DNA from: Chiloscyllium plagiosum
Lineage: Eukaryota
Length of the DNA stretch: 64,000 bases
Direction of reading: 5' to 3'
Assembly: GCF_004010195.1 (NCBI RefSeq)
Contig: NC_057719.1
Location: 32,052,278 to 32,116,277, forward strand
Below are positions 39,156 through 52,664 of the stretch, in pieces. Below the pieces are notes generated by a model, which made no database searches, had not been told where the DNA came from, and saw nothing but the letters and a program-made list of their open reading frames with translations. How positions within the stretch are numbered: position 1 is the stretch's first letter; each line of letters begins with the position of its first letter. A program made the position numbers and the translations under genes.

Positions 39156-39831
39156 GTGAGTATGGGGACAACTCTGTATTCATGTTGGTATTGTCCCTTG
39201 TAATCCCATGTCTTATAACCTTTCTTATGCCTCTGTTGTGTGAAACTGTGCCAAATTCCTTTGGAAGTAAGTTGAAACAAAAACATCAACAATGATCTTA
39301 TGGAATAGACTACTTGTGGTTCTATTTTATATTTGACACATACATATAAATGCTATCAGGAGAAATGAAATGTTTACCTCCATCCAAGTGATATCCCAAA
39401 AAGGAGTGGACAACATTCTCTCTGTGCCAAAATCAACACTAGTGCAAGTATAACAAATATTCCTTTATGCATCTTCCATGAAATACAAGAGAGGAAAGTG
39501 GTACAATATAGATCAATCCACACTTGACAATCTACCAGATTACAATGAGTCTGACACCCCACATAGTGGCATTATGCATCTTATATGTCAATACAGTTCC
39601 TTGGGATGGACATCTGTTACATTTTCTATCAGTGATACATCTATTTGCACAAATCTACATGTTATTACAATCCACATGGTAACAAACTCATCAATTTCAA
39701 CACCAACTATTCTAGACCGCAATTTTGAGTCTCAACTAACATTTACACAGTTAGATCTAATTCTATTGGCAACTTTAAAGGTAGTACAGTGTTATATCAT
39801 AAAGGTGATGCCCAACTCAGCATGTACTTAG

Positions 39832-42800
39832 ACTCATAGAATCATAGACATTTAAAGCACAGAGGAGGCCATTGGCCCATTGTGTCTATCCTAGTCACCA
39901 ACATCTGACTACACTAAACCCATTTTTCAACTGTTAACCTATAGTCCTATAGGCAAGTGAATATCTAATATCACTTCAGTGTTTTAAATTTTGACTCCAA
40001 TACCATTCTTAGCAACAAATTCTAGACTCCCGTCATGCTGTGCATGGAAAACAATTTTTCTCAACTCCACTTTTAGCCTTCTACCTTTTAACTTTAAATC
40101 TATGCCCCCTAGTTGTTGATTTCTTTACTGATTTAATATGTGAATGTACCTGCTAGAGAAGGTGCAAAACTTGACCTACTCTTGGGAAGTAAGGCAGGGC
40201 AGGTGACTGATGTGGGGGAGCACTTTGGGGCCAGTGACATAATTCTATTAGATTTAAAATAGTGATGGAAAAGGATAGACCAGATCTAAAAGTTGAAGTT
40301 CTAAATTGGAGAAAGATCAATTTTGATGGTATTAGGCAAGAACTTTCAAAAGCTAATTGGGGGCAGATGTTCGCAGGTAAAGGGATGGCTGGAAAATGGG
40401 AAGCCTTCAGAAATGAGATAATGAGGATCCAGAGAAAGTATATTCCTGTCAGGGTGAAAGGAAAGGCTGGTAGGTATAGGGAATGCTGGATGACTAAAGA
40501 AATTGAGGGTTTGGTTAAGAAAAAGAAGGAAGCATATGTCAGGTATAGACAGGATAGATTGAGTGAATCCTTAGAGTATAAAGGCAGTAGGGGTATACTT
40601 AAGAGGGAAATCAGGAGGGCAAAAAGGGGACATGAGATAGCTTTGGCAAATAGAATTAATGAGAATCCAAAGGGTTTTTGCAAATACATTAAGGACAAAA
40701 GGATAACTAGGGAGAGAATGGGGCCCCTCAAAGATCAGCAAGGCGGCCTTTGTGTCGAGTCACAGAAAATGGGGGGAGATACAAAATGAGTATTTTGCAT
40801 CAGTATTTACTGTGTAAAAGGATATGGAAGATATAGAATGTAGGGAAATAGATGGAGACACTTTGAAAAATGTCCATATTACAGAAGAGGAAGTGCTGGA
40901 TATCTTGAAACGCATAAAGGTGGATAACTCCCCAGGACGTTATCAGGTGTATCCTAGAACTCTGTGGGAAGCTAGAGAAGTGATTGCTGGGCCTCTTGCT
41001 GAGATATTTGTATCATTGATAGTCACAGGTGAGGTGCTGGAAGACTGGAGGTTGCCTAACATGGTGCCACTGTTTAAGAAAGGTGGTAAGGACAAACCAG
41101 GGAACTATAGACCAGTGAGCTTGACATCGGTGGTGGGCAAGTGGTTGGAGGAAATCCTGAGGGACAGGATGTACATGTATTTGGAAAGGCAAGGACCGAT
41201 TTAGGGATAGTCACAAAGTAACAAAGAGTATTGATGAGGGCAGAGCGAAGATGTGATCTATATGGACTTCAGAAGGCATTCGACAAGGTGCCCCATGGGA
41301 GACGGATTAGCAAGGTTAGATCTCATGGAATAGAGGGAATAAAGGTAGAAGACAGAGGGTGGTGGTGGAGGCTTGTTTTTCAGACTGGATGCCTATGACC
41401 AGTGGAATGCCACAAGGATTGGTGCTGGGGGGGGTCTTCTTCTTTTTGTCATTTATATAAATGATTTGGATGCAAGCATAAGAGATATAGTTAGTAAGTT
41501 TGCAGATGACACCAAAATTGGAGGTGTGGTGAACAGCTAAGAAGGTTACCTTAGATTACAACAGGATCTTGACCAGATGGGCCAATGGGCTGAGAAGTGT
41601 CAGATGGAGATTAATTCAGATAAATGCGAGGTGCTGCATTTTGGGAAAGCAAATCTCAGCAGGACTTATACACTTAATGGTAAGGTCCTAGAGAGTGTTA
41701 CTGAACAAAGAGACCTTGGAGTGCAGGTTCATAGCTCCTTGAAAGTGGATAGTGAAGGTGGCGTTTGGTATGCTTTCCTTTATTGGTCAGAGTACTGAGT
41801 ACAGGGGTTGGGAGGTCATGTTGCGGCTGTACAGGACATTAGTTAGGCCACTGTTGGAATATTGCATGCAATTCTTGTCTCCTTCTTATTGGAAAGATGT
41901 TGTGAAACTTGAAAGGGTTCAGAAAAGATTTACAAGCATGTTGCCAGTGTTGGAGGATTTGAGCTATAAGGAGAGGCTGAACAGGCTGGGGCTGTTTTCC
42001 CTAGAGCGTCGGAGGCTGAGGGGTGACCTTATAGAGGTTTACAAACTTATGAGGGGCTTGGATACGATAAATAGACAAAATCTTTTCCCTGGGGTCGGGG
42101 AGTCCAGAACTAGAGGGCATAGGTTTAGAGTGAGAGGGGTAAGATATAAAAGAATCCTAAGGGGCAACTTTTTCACACAGAGGGTGGTACGTGTATGGAA
42201 TGAGCTGCCAGAGGATGAGGTGGAGGCTGGTACAATTGCAACATTTAAGAGGCATTTGGATGGGTACGAATAGGAAAGCTTTGGAGGGATATGGGCCGGG
42301 TGCTGGCAGGTGGGACTAGATTGGGTTGGGATATCTGATTGGCATGGATGGGTTGGACCGAAGGGTCTGTTTCCTTGCTGTATGTCTCTATGACTCTAAT
42401 GGTAACAATGTGTTTCTATCCATTTGTGCCTCAAATTCTTGTACATGTCTATCAGGTCCCTTCTCAATGTTCACTGCTCCAAGGAAAAATAGCTTGTCCA
42501 ATCTATCATCACAGCTCAGAGCCTCTCACTTGGGCAGCATCCTGCTAAATCTCCTCTGCATCCTCTCTCGTGCAATTTAGATGCTTCCTATAATATGATG
42601 GCCAGTACTGCACACAGTACTCCAATTGTGGCCAAACCAGCATTTTAGATAGTTCCAAAATCTGCAGCCTTCTTTGTTCTCCACCTTACATTTAAGTCCA
42701 GTTGTAAATTTACACCACAAACAGCAATGACACCAGCACAGCCCTGTGGAACCTAACTGGAAACACGCTTTCAGTCACTTAACCATTTCTCTGTCATTAC

Positions 42801-43320
42801 CCTCAGCTTCCTTAATTTCAACCAACTTTGGATTCAATGTACCACTTTGCCTTGGATCCCATGATTTCTTGACCAGTTTGCCATGACGGACCTGATCAAA
42901 AACTTTATTAAAGTCCATGTAGGCCACATCAAATTCATGTGCAATTAGCAACATTCCCGTTTAACTCCTAAAATAATACAATCATATTTAACAAATGCAT
43001 GTTGATTATCTCTGATTAGTCTGTCTCTCTCTGAATCCAGATGTATTCTGTCCCTCAGAATTCTTTTGAATCTGTTCCTCACCATCGAATGCAGACTGTC
43101 TGGCCTGCAAGTTCATGGTCTATCCCTTCTTCCCTTTTCAATAATGAGACCCTGTTAACAACCCTCCAGCCCTCTGACACTTCACTTTGGCAGGGCAGGA
43201 TTTAAAAATTACTGCCATTGCCCCTAGTTTCTCCTCCCTTATCATCTACAGCAGCCTGGAGTACATATCATCTGGGCCTCTGGATTAATCCATTTTAAAG
43301 ATGCTGAACCTTCTAGTCTT
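39832..43320 (-). mobile_element. Old CR1 (minus strand) split by a younger plus-strand CR1
   Basis: 3' tail at 39832-40125; continuation at 42400-43320 with decayed LEYCVQYWP and MDFNKVF motifs. Confidence 0.75.
40128..42398 (+). mobile_element. Young CR1 ORF2 (linker, RT, 3' end), frameshifted
   Basis: PLFKKGGKDKPGNYRPVSLTSVVGK, SKFADDTK, LYRTLVRPLLEYC; ctatgactct tail. Confidence 0.96.
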
Positions 43321-44884
43321 TTCTCTCTCTCTGGTAATTTCTTCTATTTTTACACAGTCCTACTCTGATCTTCGTAATGCAACATTCATATTCAATAAAA
43401 GCTCAAATTAAAATTAGATTCCATGATACAAACAAGATCTACAAGCCCAGAATTAAACTCATTGGTATAGCTGGTTTACTTGTGTTTTAAAGAAACTTAG
43501 CACTATATTTGTATGTTTATTATGTGTGTGATGCCATTTTATCTATAGTGTTGTTTCTTCACCAAAGCAGTTTCTTGATGGACAAAGATAGTCTATGTCT
43601 GTGCAGCCTTGTAGATGTTTATCGGAAAACGCTTGGCATTCTTTAAAGGGAAAAAGAGATAATGCATAGATACAAGAAAGGCAAAATCCCTTTAAGACAG
43701 TTAGATGACTTCATGGTATCTGGTGTTCTAGTGTAAACGTCCCCATCTCACCTTCAGTAGCTATTGCAATCATTGAAGTGATCATTTGTAGTGTTGCATG
43801 ATATAGTATTTGACTCAACAAAATACATTAGTTCCTTCTTATTACTTTTTACGTTAACATCTTAATCATTCACTATTTACCTTTCCAAACTATAAAATGA
43901 AATGATGTTTTTAAAGTGTTGATCCAAACTTTGAATTGTATGACAATGGGGATCTATAGATTCTTGTTATATTGTACCACTAATTGAAAAGCTTCAGCTA
44001 AGTGTTCCAGTGGACCTTTGATACTGGAAAGGAACATCTATCCAATGTTCAACACATTGATATCACTTTACAAGGACCAAATTTGGCAGCAAGAAGAATT
44101 GAAAGCAACATTTAACCATTTGCATTTAGAAGTAATATAATTACACAGAAAGTACTTTCTTGCTGATTTCAAATAGTGATGAATTATCAAAAAATAGTAT
44201 CAAAGATAGAATCATACAGCTGATAAAATGCATGTTCTTGAGTGCTCAGCAGACTTACAGCATTATATTAAATAAAACATTTTTGTGAAAACAGCAACTT
44301 CTTTTGAGAAGCAATAATGATCTCTTGTATCTTTGATAAAGTATAGTTGTCAATTTCATGTATGAATACTCAATGCAAACTAATCCATTGTTATGTTTTG
44401 TGTTTGCAATGCATTGTTCAATTTCATTTGCTATTTTTGATTTCACAGAACCATATGCATCTCATTATATTCAATAACTTGCTGAAACCTCTTTCAGGAA
44501 AATCAAAAGAGTAAGCATTAGCTTGCAGCCTTTAGATTTATTTTTCCCGTATGTGATTCCACAGGCTGTCAGCATCGTTCATTATAAAGAGCTGGAAGCA
44601 TGGAACATAAAGAGGTCATTAGGCGCATTAAGCTAATGCTCTCCACGAATTGGGAAAATTTGTTTCATAATTACCATTCAGTTTGATCTCCTCTAAGAGC
44701 CAAATATCCAAAAGTGAGCTGCTGAATTCTGTCAGTTTCCTCAGTCATTGTTTACTAAACATTGTACTAAACACTGCACTATTTTCTTCTAACTTTTACT
44801 CGATCAACGTGCTGTACAGTGAATAAAATAATTTGTCAGTTTGCAATGAAATGCCTTAGAAATGTATTATTGCAATTCATTACA

Positions 44885-45150
44885 ACTAAGAAAATTTACA
44901 GCCCAGGAACAGGCCGTTCGGCCCTCCTAGCCTGAGCCTATCCAAATGTACTGTCTAAACCTGTCGGCCAATTCCTAAGCATCTGTATCCCTCTGCTCCC
45001 CACCTACTCCTGCATTTGTCCAGACGCATCTTAAATGAATCTACCGTGCCTACCTCGACCACCTCGCTGGCAACGCGTTCCAGACACCCACAATCCTCTG
45101 TGTGAAGTAGTTGCCACGTGTATCCCCTTAAACCTTTCACCTCTCACTTT
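44885..45150 (-). mobile_element. CR1 3' end (another subfamily)
   Basis: EVVEVGTVDSFKMRLDK coding end; ggccgaacggcctgttcctg tail motif. Confidence 0.8.
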
Positions 45151-46329
45151 GAGTTAGATGGAAGGACAAACTTAAATGGTCAACATAGTATTTCTTGGCT
45201 TCATATTTTCTTTCTTCTCATATCCCTATTTTAAAAACTGTTTAAAATTCTCCAATTCCTTTTGTGCCCAAGTGGTTAATGGCCTAAGCAACTAGGTCCA
45301 ACAGAAAATTGACTAAACAGCTTCTGTAAACAAAGGAATGCAAAGATGCCAAGGTCATCACAGATCAAAAGCCAACATGGACCAGCCCAGACGTGTCTTT
45401 CATATTGAACTGAGATGATCAACCTTAACAATGGGAGAGTCCTTATAGGCCAAAACTCATTAAGAGGTACTCAGCCAGAACAATAGGGAGAGACACTATG
45501 TTTTTATGTTCCCCAGTTTTGGCCAGACCTCTTAGCACTATGGATTAATCATATCTTATAAAAGGGATAGGTAACACCTAGGATGATCTGGCCTAACCTC
45601 ATTGGGTGCCCTACGACACTGTTGGCTGAAGCCAGGGAACATTGCAGAAGGGCTAAGAAGGGACGCCTGGCTGTCATTCCCTCAGCAAAGACTTGGCCTG
45701 TTGATAGAACTCAATGAATTGAACCAGCTGCCAAATAAAATTCACAGAATGGGTAGTATATGTGTTTTTCAGGCAGTTAGCCTAGTTTATGAATAGGAGA
45801 AAGTGAGGGCTGCAAATGCTAGAGATCAGAGTCATTTCTAGTTTAGGAATAGTTAGCTTAATTTTTGTTACACTGGATTCTCTAACTTGCTCGTGTTTTC
45901 CTTTTTTTTTCTCATACGGTAAGATCACCCAAATAAACATGTTTAATTAGTAATTAACTGATTGAAGTCTATGGAATATTTCACAGGCAATACTTCCATA
46001 ATCATAAAATTTAATGGATATTTTATATAATCCATGTTCAAATCTATCTGTAAATTCATATTTCATTCACATAATTTGGCAAATTTCCTCAAAAGATAAT
46101 TTCCATTATTTTAGTTCTCCTATTTTACACCTTGACATCACAAAATATTTATAATTCTACAAGTGATACCTCCAACATAATTTATAACTGGTGCAAATGG
46201 GATGCCCAGTGCATGCCAAAATGCCATATTTGTTTCTCTGAGTGAGAAATATTTCACTATATACATTGCCTTTTCTATTTTTGTTGCTCAGCCTGTTCTA
46301 AATCCAGCTGGTGAATCTAAAAGTAAATG

Positions 46330-46580
46330 CCTTGTATGTAGAATCTTAACGTCTTCTGAAAACCCAAGTACATGACAAGCATTGAAAATTCTTTGTACAT
46401 AGATTGAGTTTGTTTGTCAAAGAATTCTGGATTATTAACACATGACAGAAGTAGTCTCTGTCTTTTCTCCTGTGGGCTTCTGTTGGATTGCTCCTTGCTT
46501 ATGAACAAAACACTGTGATGGGGTTTCCAATTGAGTTCATCAACATGGCTGATCAGGAATTCTCCCAGTTTTCCCATCTC
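46330..46580 (-). mobile_element. Very old CR1 RT fragment
   Basis: SCVNNPEFFD..MYLGFQKT resembles SCLTNL.EFF..VYLDFQKAFD. Confidence 0.55.
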
Positions 46581-46983
46581 CTATCTGCCATCAGTGACAT
46601 TATTAGACATACAATTAGAAGCTGAAATTCAACTGTTTTGCCATATTATAAACACAGCTTCTTGGCATTGGACTCACACCTGGGACTTCTGACCCAGAGG
46701 CAGGGAAACTACCAGACAGTAGTGTTGCTAAAATATATTGTATATACTCTTGTATAGGTCAATACCACAGTTAAAAGAAATATACATTTTCTTGCCTCTG
46801 TATTTGTAAATCTAACTTTTTTCTCAGTTATGGATCAACATTTAAGAGTCAGTGTGCCTCCCTATTGTGCTCTGCTCCGGCTTTCCAGACTGCTTGCTGT
46901 ACCACTCCATTCTGGGTCTTCCAGTCAACCAGTCGTCATGCTTTACTCCAGGTCTTCAGAATTAATATAATGCTACGACAATA

Positions 46984-47205
46984 CAGGGCGACTGCTGTAT
47001 CCGCGGAGTTGGTTTCTGTGGTTTCAGTTACCTATGGTTTACTGTGGCCCGAACATATTACAGGGAACGTTCCAGAACCAGGAGCCAGGGGGCTGCTGGG
47101 AAGGTAAATTTCCCATTTAAATGATTGGGTTTGCATCTATCCGTGGTTTCAGGCTTCCACGGTTGGTCTTGGAACGTATCTCTTGCGATTATGGGGATAC
47201 TACTG
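46984..47205. mobile_element. TcMar-Tigger (MER2-like) MITE
   Basis: TA|CAG...CTG|TA ends with tatccgcgg and ggaacgtatc..gcg.ttatgggg..actactg subterminal motifs. Confidence 0.75.
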
Positions 47206-47451
47206 TAACAATCTGTTGTAGCAGGCAAAATAGAGGCAGTTATTTTGTAGATAAATATTCAATAATGGCCAAAATTATTTTTCCTTTTGTTGTTTATTAT
47301 TTTATATAAAGATCTGGCTCTTTTTTGTCCATTTTGTTTGACTCATACCAAACATGCATTTCATCAACTTGAAAACAATACCTCATGTATAAGTCAATGC
47401 CCTAATTTCAGTGTTAAGAAAAGCGTTCAAATTGACCAATACATGAGTATA

Positions 47452-47709
47452 CAGTGCAACATTGATTATCTGAATGTCAACTTTTTGAATTTTGGATTTT
47501 CCGAACAAGATCTCAAGGTTCTGTAAAAACGGCATGAGGCAACTCCGCATTGATTTAAATGGCATGTATTGCCAGATAACTGAGGCATGTTCAGATAACC
47601 AGCACTCAAAAGTTACCGCTTGTTTATGATCAGATCAATTTTCCGAACGATCAATTATCTGAACGAAATAGCCCCCGCCCATCTCATTTGGATAATTGAG
47701 GTTGTTCTG
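47452..47709. mobile_element. pogo/Tigger-like MITE
   Basis: TA|CAGtgcaac.ttgattatc ... ggataattgaggttgttCTG|TA; repeated ttatc.gaa motif. Confidence 0.75.
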
Positions 47710-48337
47710 TATGCGGTATTTAAATAACTCATGGCTTCCTTTCATTACTTCAAGACATCTCAAAAAAAAGTACATCTCACTGTTGTAATGTTGGGAACAT
47801 TGTCGTCAATTTGTCCACAGCAATGTTGACGGGATAACAGGAGATCGCCTTGCATGGAATTGTAGAGTCCCTTACATCCGTCTGAGAGGATTGAGGTGCC
47901 AAAATGGACTCTGTGCACAAGATTCTGAAGTGAACATGAAACAGGGTTGGATCGATAAGCAAAGCCCTGGACCAGTACCAAGCTACCACAAAGTTGAACA
48001 ATCTCAACCACACAAAGACTCCACAGCTGAAGGTCTTCTCACGATGTGTCGATGACAAATATGACATTGGACTGTCAGGACTTGACCGAGTGTATGACTG
48101 GGACTCCAAAATGGCACGGTGCCAGGGATGACAGTGTATTCTGAGATAACCTGCAGTAGCTATGGTGAATTGAGCTAGCGTCAGCTGACAGAGCACCATT
48201 GGTCAGGCTAAATAGTTAATGAGGTGGGTTTGGAATGATTGTAAGAGAAAAACCGTTGGATCTCACATTGGGAAACCCTCCATGAAACTCTGTGCAAATG
48301 GCACTTAGCCAAAATAACATGGACTCATATTAAAATG

Positions 48338-48535
48338 CAGGGATGCCCAACTTATGAACATCTGACTTACAAACGTTTGTAGTTATGAACACAATTCCAT
48401 AAGTAGTTGTAATTTTAAAATGTACAAGCATTTCTTGTATGTATGAATGTTTACTGTCTATTGCTTCGCATCGCATTCCAACTTTCATATAATTTGACTT
48501 GCGAACAGATTCCAGGCAGAACCTGTTCACAAGAA
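48338..48535. mobile_element. Decayed Tigger-like MITE
   Basis: cagg start with repeated acttatgaac/acttacaaac/acttgcgaac motifs. Confidence 0.5.
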
Positions 48536-49039
48536 CCAAGATTCAGCCTGCAAACTAACTTCAATTTTTAGGATGGTGAACAACAGAAAATAAATCTCCT
48601 CGTGAGGAATATGAACATTTTTCTAAAGGATAAATGATTCAAATTGAGGGTGTATATATGAACTCAAAATAGCTCAATTTACAGTCATTTGGACTTTGAA
48701 TGATCTTGATTCTGAAACTTGTTATTTTAAATTGGGAGAGAAGAGTTAGATAACTGATTTTCCAAGACATTTTTCATTTGCCTAGTTGAACACAGGTGAG
48801 AAAAAAGTTAGATTTACAAATGTAGAGGCAAGAAAATGTATATTTCTTTTAACTGTGGTATGTAAAACCAATTGTTTCATACCTAAAGTACATACTGGCT
48901 GGTATCCATTAAGTGTCTTGCAAATTAATTGAGGGCATTTAAGTATTGTATAAAATATGTTGGCATTCATCACTAGTTTAGTGGGAAATAAATAATAACC
49001 ATTGATCCTTGGCTAATCATTGGGATTCATCTCACAGGA

Positions 49040-49295
49040 CCATAGAGTCATAGAATCATAGAGATGTACAGCACAGAAACAGATCCTTCGGTCTAACTCA
49101 TCCATGCCAACCAGATATCCTAAACTAATCTAGTCCCATTTGCCAGCACTTAGCTCATAGCCCTCTAAACCCTTCCTATTTATATACCCATCCAGATGCC
49201 TTTAAATTATTGTAATTGTATTGGCATCCTCTGGCAGCTTAGTCTATTCATGCACCACTTCTGCGAAAAAGTTGCCCCTTAGATCCCTTTTAAAT
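49040..49295 (-). mobile_element. CR1 3' end
   Basis: catagagtcatagaatcatagagatgtacagca tail and aaaagttgcccct. Confidence 0.9.
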
Positions 49296-49844
49296 TTAAT
49301 AAAATTCCTTAAGATTTATGTTTAATTATTTTGCCAAATCCTTTATGTCATGGAAGTACACAATATGATTCATGATTGGATTTAGTTCTTAGATTAAAAA
49401 GATCTATGATATCTGAACACCTGGTAGGGGTAGTGTCTTTTTACAGTTGCAAGCATGGTGTAACATTTCACTGTCCCCTGTCTGGTGGATTCCTTCACAG
49501 TCATTCAATGTTTGGAGGGCATTAATTGGCTCAAGGTAAGGTATCCACTCTCCATCCACCTGCAATCACATGGATAGTAGTTCTTAGCAGCACTCATAGG
49601 AGTGGTCATGACTATTGGGATTATATCCAGTCCCCAACCAAGATGGTCACTGGAATTGGCTGTGAAGGTAAGTTGAGAAGGAAGGGATGTCCTTTCAGCT
49701 GGACTAGATTTGGTGACACGAACAAAGGGATGAGGGGTGGGGAATGTGGGCACAGGTTAGTGTGAAGGGGAAATCTAATGAGACTATAGTTTATTGGGGG
49801 CAGATGTAATTGTTCTAATGGCTAATTGTAGAACCACTTGCTGT

Positions 49845-51179
49845 AATATACAATTTAGCTTTAAAACTTGATGTATAGATTCTATTCAGACACATCGACA
49901 GATTGTTCTTTACTGTCAGACGGTGTGAGAGATCACACAATCACCAGTTAAATAATTTGCTTTAACTTATAGAATTAATGTCCATTCATTTCCATGCCTT
50001 ATGATAAAATATAAATGTTTACAGATGGGACCAGGAATCTTACAAATATTTTTCCATTAGAAATCTCATGTGTGCTAGTAACTATGCAAACAAACAATTA
50101 ATTTAAGATAACTCTAACTCCTAATGTGGCCAGTTTATGTTAGCTGGAAGCAACGTACATTCATGCACAGGGATACATTCTCTGTAGACAAGGTAATTTG
50201 ATCAAATCTTGTGTGTTTTTGGAATTACCTGCAAGCTTTGGGAGCTTATAATCCTCCACAGTTTTCTCCATGCTAATGCCTTAACCAATCAAAGTCAACA
50301 ACTCAGCACCATTTTCCCATGTAGTGTAAACTATTAAGAGAGTTTTAAATGTAATATTCTGCTTTTTGTCCTGATGAGTGCAAGATGTAAAGCTTTGGCA
50401 CAATGTTCCTTTTTCTGCAATATTGATTGTGTTGACTTCTTTCCACAGAGAAAAGGAAAGATCAAAGTTGAATGACTACTAAACATAAAACAACACAATT
50501 GGGCAAATGGAGAAACTGACTGGCCTTGCTTCATTTCTATCATCAGCCCACTAATATCTTCATTGTACACTGCTGGTACAACTGTGTATGTTGTGCAAAC
50601 CATCCCAAAACATTTAAACATTTAATAACTTATGTGATTGTTTAAATCATGGGAAAAGAGTCTAAACCATAACCTGCAGATTGGTGTCAGCTTATGCATT
50701 GTGATCTAGAGAGAAAATGACATTGTGATGAATCAAACTGAAATAAGTGCGCATGGCTGACAGTAGTTCCATACATTGGGAGGAAGACATATTTTGAAAC
50801 AGGTTTGGATTTGTTTTGTACTGTAAACCAAACAGTGGGGATGAAGAAGAATTGCCATAAATCACCATGGATCGTGAACAAGTTTTTCTGTGGAAGATGC
50901 CCTGAGGGAACCACAGAAAGATGAGAATTGACAACCTAAACTTTTAAATAATCGTAATGCTTTCTAATGGAAGAATATTTGTAAGATTCCTGGTCCCATC
51001 TGTAAACATTTATATTTTGTCATAAGGCATGGAAATGAATGGACATTAATACTATAAGTTGAAGCAAGTTACTTAACTGGTGATGGTGTGATCTGTCACA
51101 CTGTCTGACAGTAAAGAACAATCTGCTGATGTGTCTGAATAGAATCTATCCATCAAGTTTTCAAGTTAAATTGTATATT
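49845..51179. repeat. 1.3 kb segment bounded by 219 bp inverted repeats (putative non-autonomous DNA transposon or fold-back inversion)
   Basis: 49845-50063 is the reverse complement of 50961-51179 with scattered substitutions, e.g. gatgggaccaggaatcttacaaatatt / aatatttgtaagattcctggtcccatc. Confidence 0.9.
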
Positions 51180-52064
51180 CCAATGTTTCATGTGTTATGG
51201 AGAGATTGTTGGAAGTTTTAGAATGTCTTTGCAGCCATCTTTGATTATATTAATTTCCATAACATGGTTTGAGGCAAACATCTTCAACATAAATAATTAT
51301 GCCTTTCCCACTTGATTGGCAGCAAGTTTTGGCTTTGTATGAAATATTAACTAACTGTAGTTAGAGGGTGATAATCAAAACATTAAAATGCACATTTACT
51401 ACCATTAACCATTTCAATGTTATAGTAGTTTCAGATCTGATCAAATCTAAAAGCATTTTAGAAAATAATATTCTATCACAGTGTTTAAGTTTACAGTTGA
51501 GCACATGAGTAATACTTTTACTTGTGAAGATTTGTTGTTGAATTTAATGTTACTGACATTGTAAAGGACTGGATGGGACTCATTTTTGTTCTACCTGGTA
51601 CGCCTATTTAGAATGCTTATGTCTGTCAGCTTTCATCTTTCTACTCTGCCTGTGATTTTCACTGCTAAGCACGCAACCTTGGATCACAACCATCTGCCTT
51701 CAATGGCATGGTCATCATTCAAAAGAAACTCTAGTTACAAAGGAAAGCAACAATTCACTGCTCACAGAAGCTGTAACTCTGTGTAAACTAATGAGTCTGT
51801 CAAATAGAAAACAATCTGCATTCATCATTTCTTATCTGTTGCCTCTGAAATTCTCCACTTTGGCACGGCAATCTACCTGCACATAGGTCAAGGACTAGAT
51901 GCAAACTATGAGGCTTTGAGATCTTGTGCAGTCTGCTTAGTGTCACTTTTCATAATTTCTTAAGAAATTGTATCAGTACAGGAGCTAGAAGAAACCAAAC
52001 TGCCAAATGGAGCTAATTAGACGCAATTTGGATTTCTTTAAATAACTCTGAATATTGAAAGTGA

Positions 52065-52495
52065 ATCGTAGAGTAGTACAGCATCGAAACAAGCCTTTCA
52101 GTCAAGATGGTCATTGCTGATTTGGTATCCAATCAGCTAGTTTCAACTGCCAACATTTGGTCCATATCTCTCTCAACTCTTCCCATCCATGCACCTATCC
52201 AAATGTTTTTTAACTGTTGTTATTGTACCTCAACCACTTTCTTTGAAGCCCGTTCCATATATGCACTACTCTCTCCGTGAAGAAGTTGCCCCTCAGGTCC
52301 TTCCTAAATCTTTCCCCTCTCACCCAAAACCTAAGAGATTGAGTTTTCAGTTCCCATCCCTGGGAAAAAGACAATATGCCTTCATCCTATTTATGCCCCT
52401 CATGATTTTATACACATCAGTAAGGTCACCCCTCATTCTCCTACATTCCAAGGAATAAAGTCCTATCCTGGCCAACCTTTCCCTTTAATTCACAC
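52065..52495 (-). mobile_element. CR1 3' end
   Basis: Reverse of RGDL.DVYKIMRG..RGNFF. Confidence 0.85.
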
Positions 52496-52664
52496 CTACA
52501 AGTACAATGTGTGGGTTATTATATATCTGTCCTGGTAATATACAAGATTGCTTTTCAAACATAATAATTGAAGACTAAATTACAAATGCAAATAAAGGAT
52601 GGATTGGAGAGGTGCTTTTCAAATTTTTGTGAATAGGGTTTTTGAATGACGAATGGAAGATGAT

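Noticed and set aside
43560..44140. Short plus-strand open frames resembling exons
   Set aside because: Interrupted by stops, with no consistent splice phase and no recognisable protein.
45260..45950. LTR-like tract with tataaaa and aataaa
   Set aside because: No defined TG...CA ends, TSD or second copy in the window.
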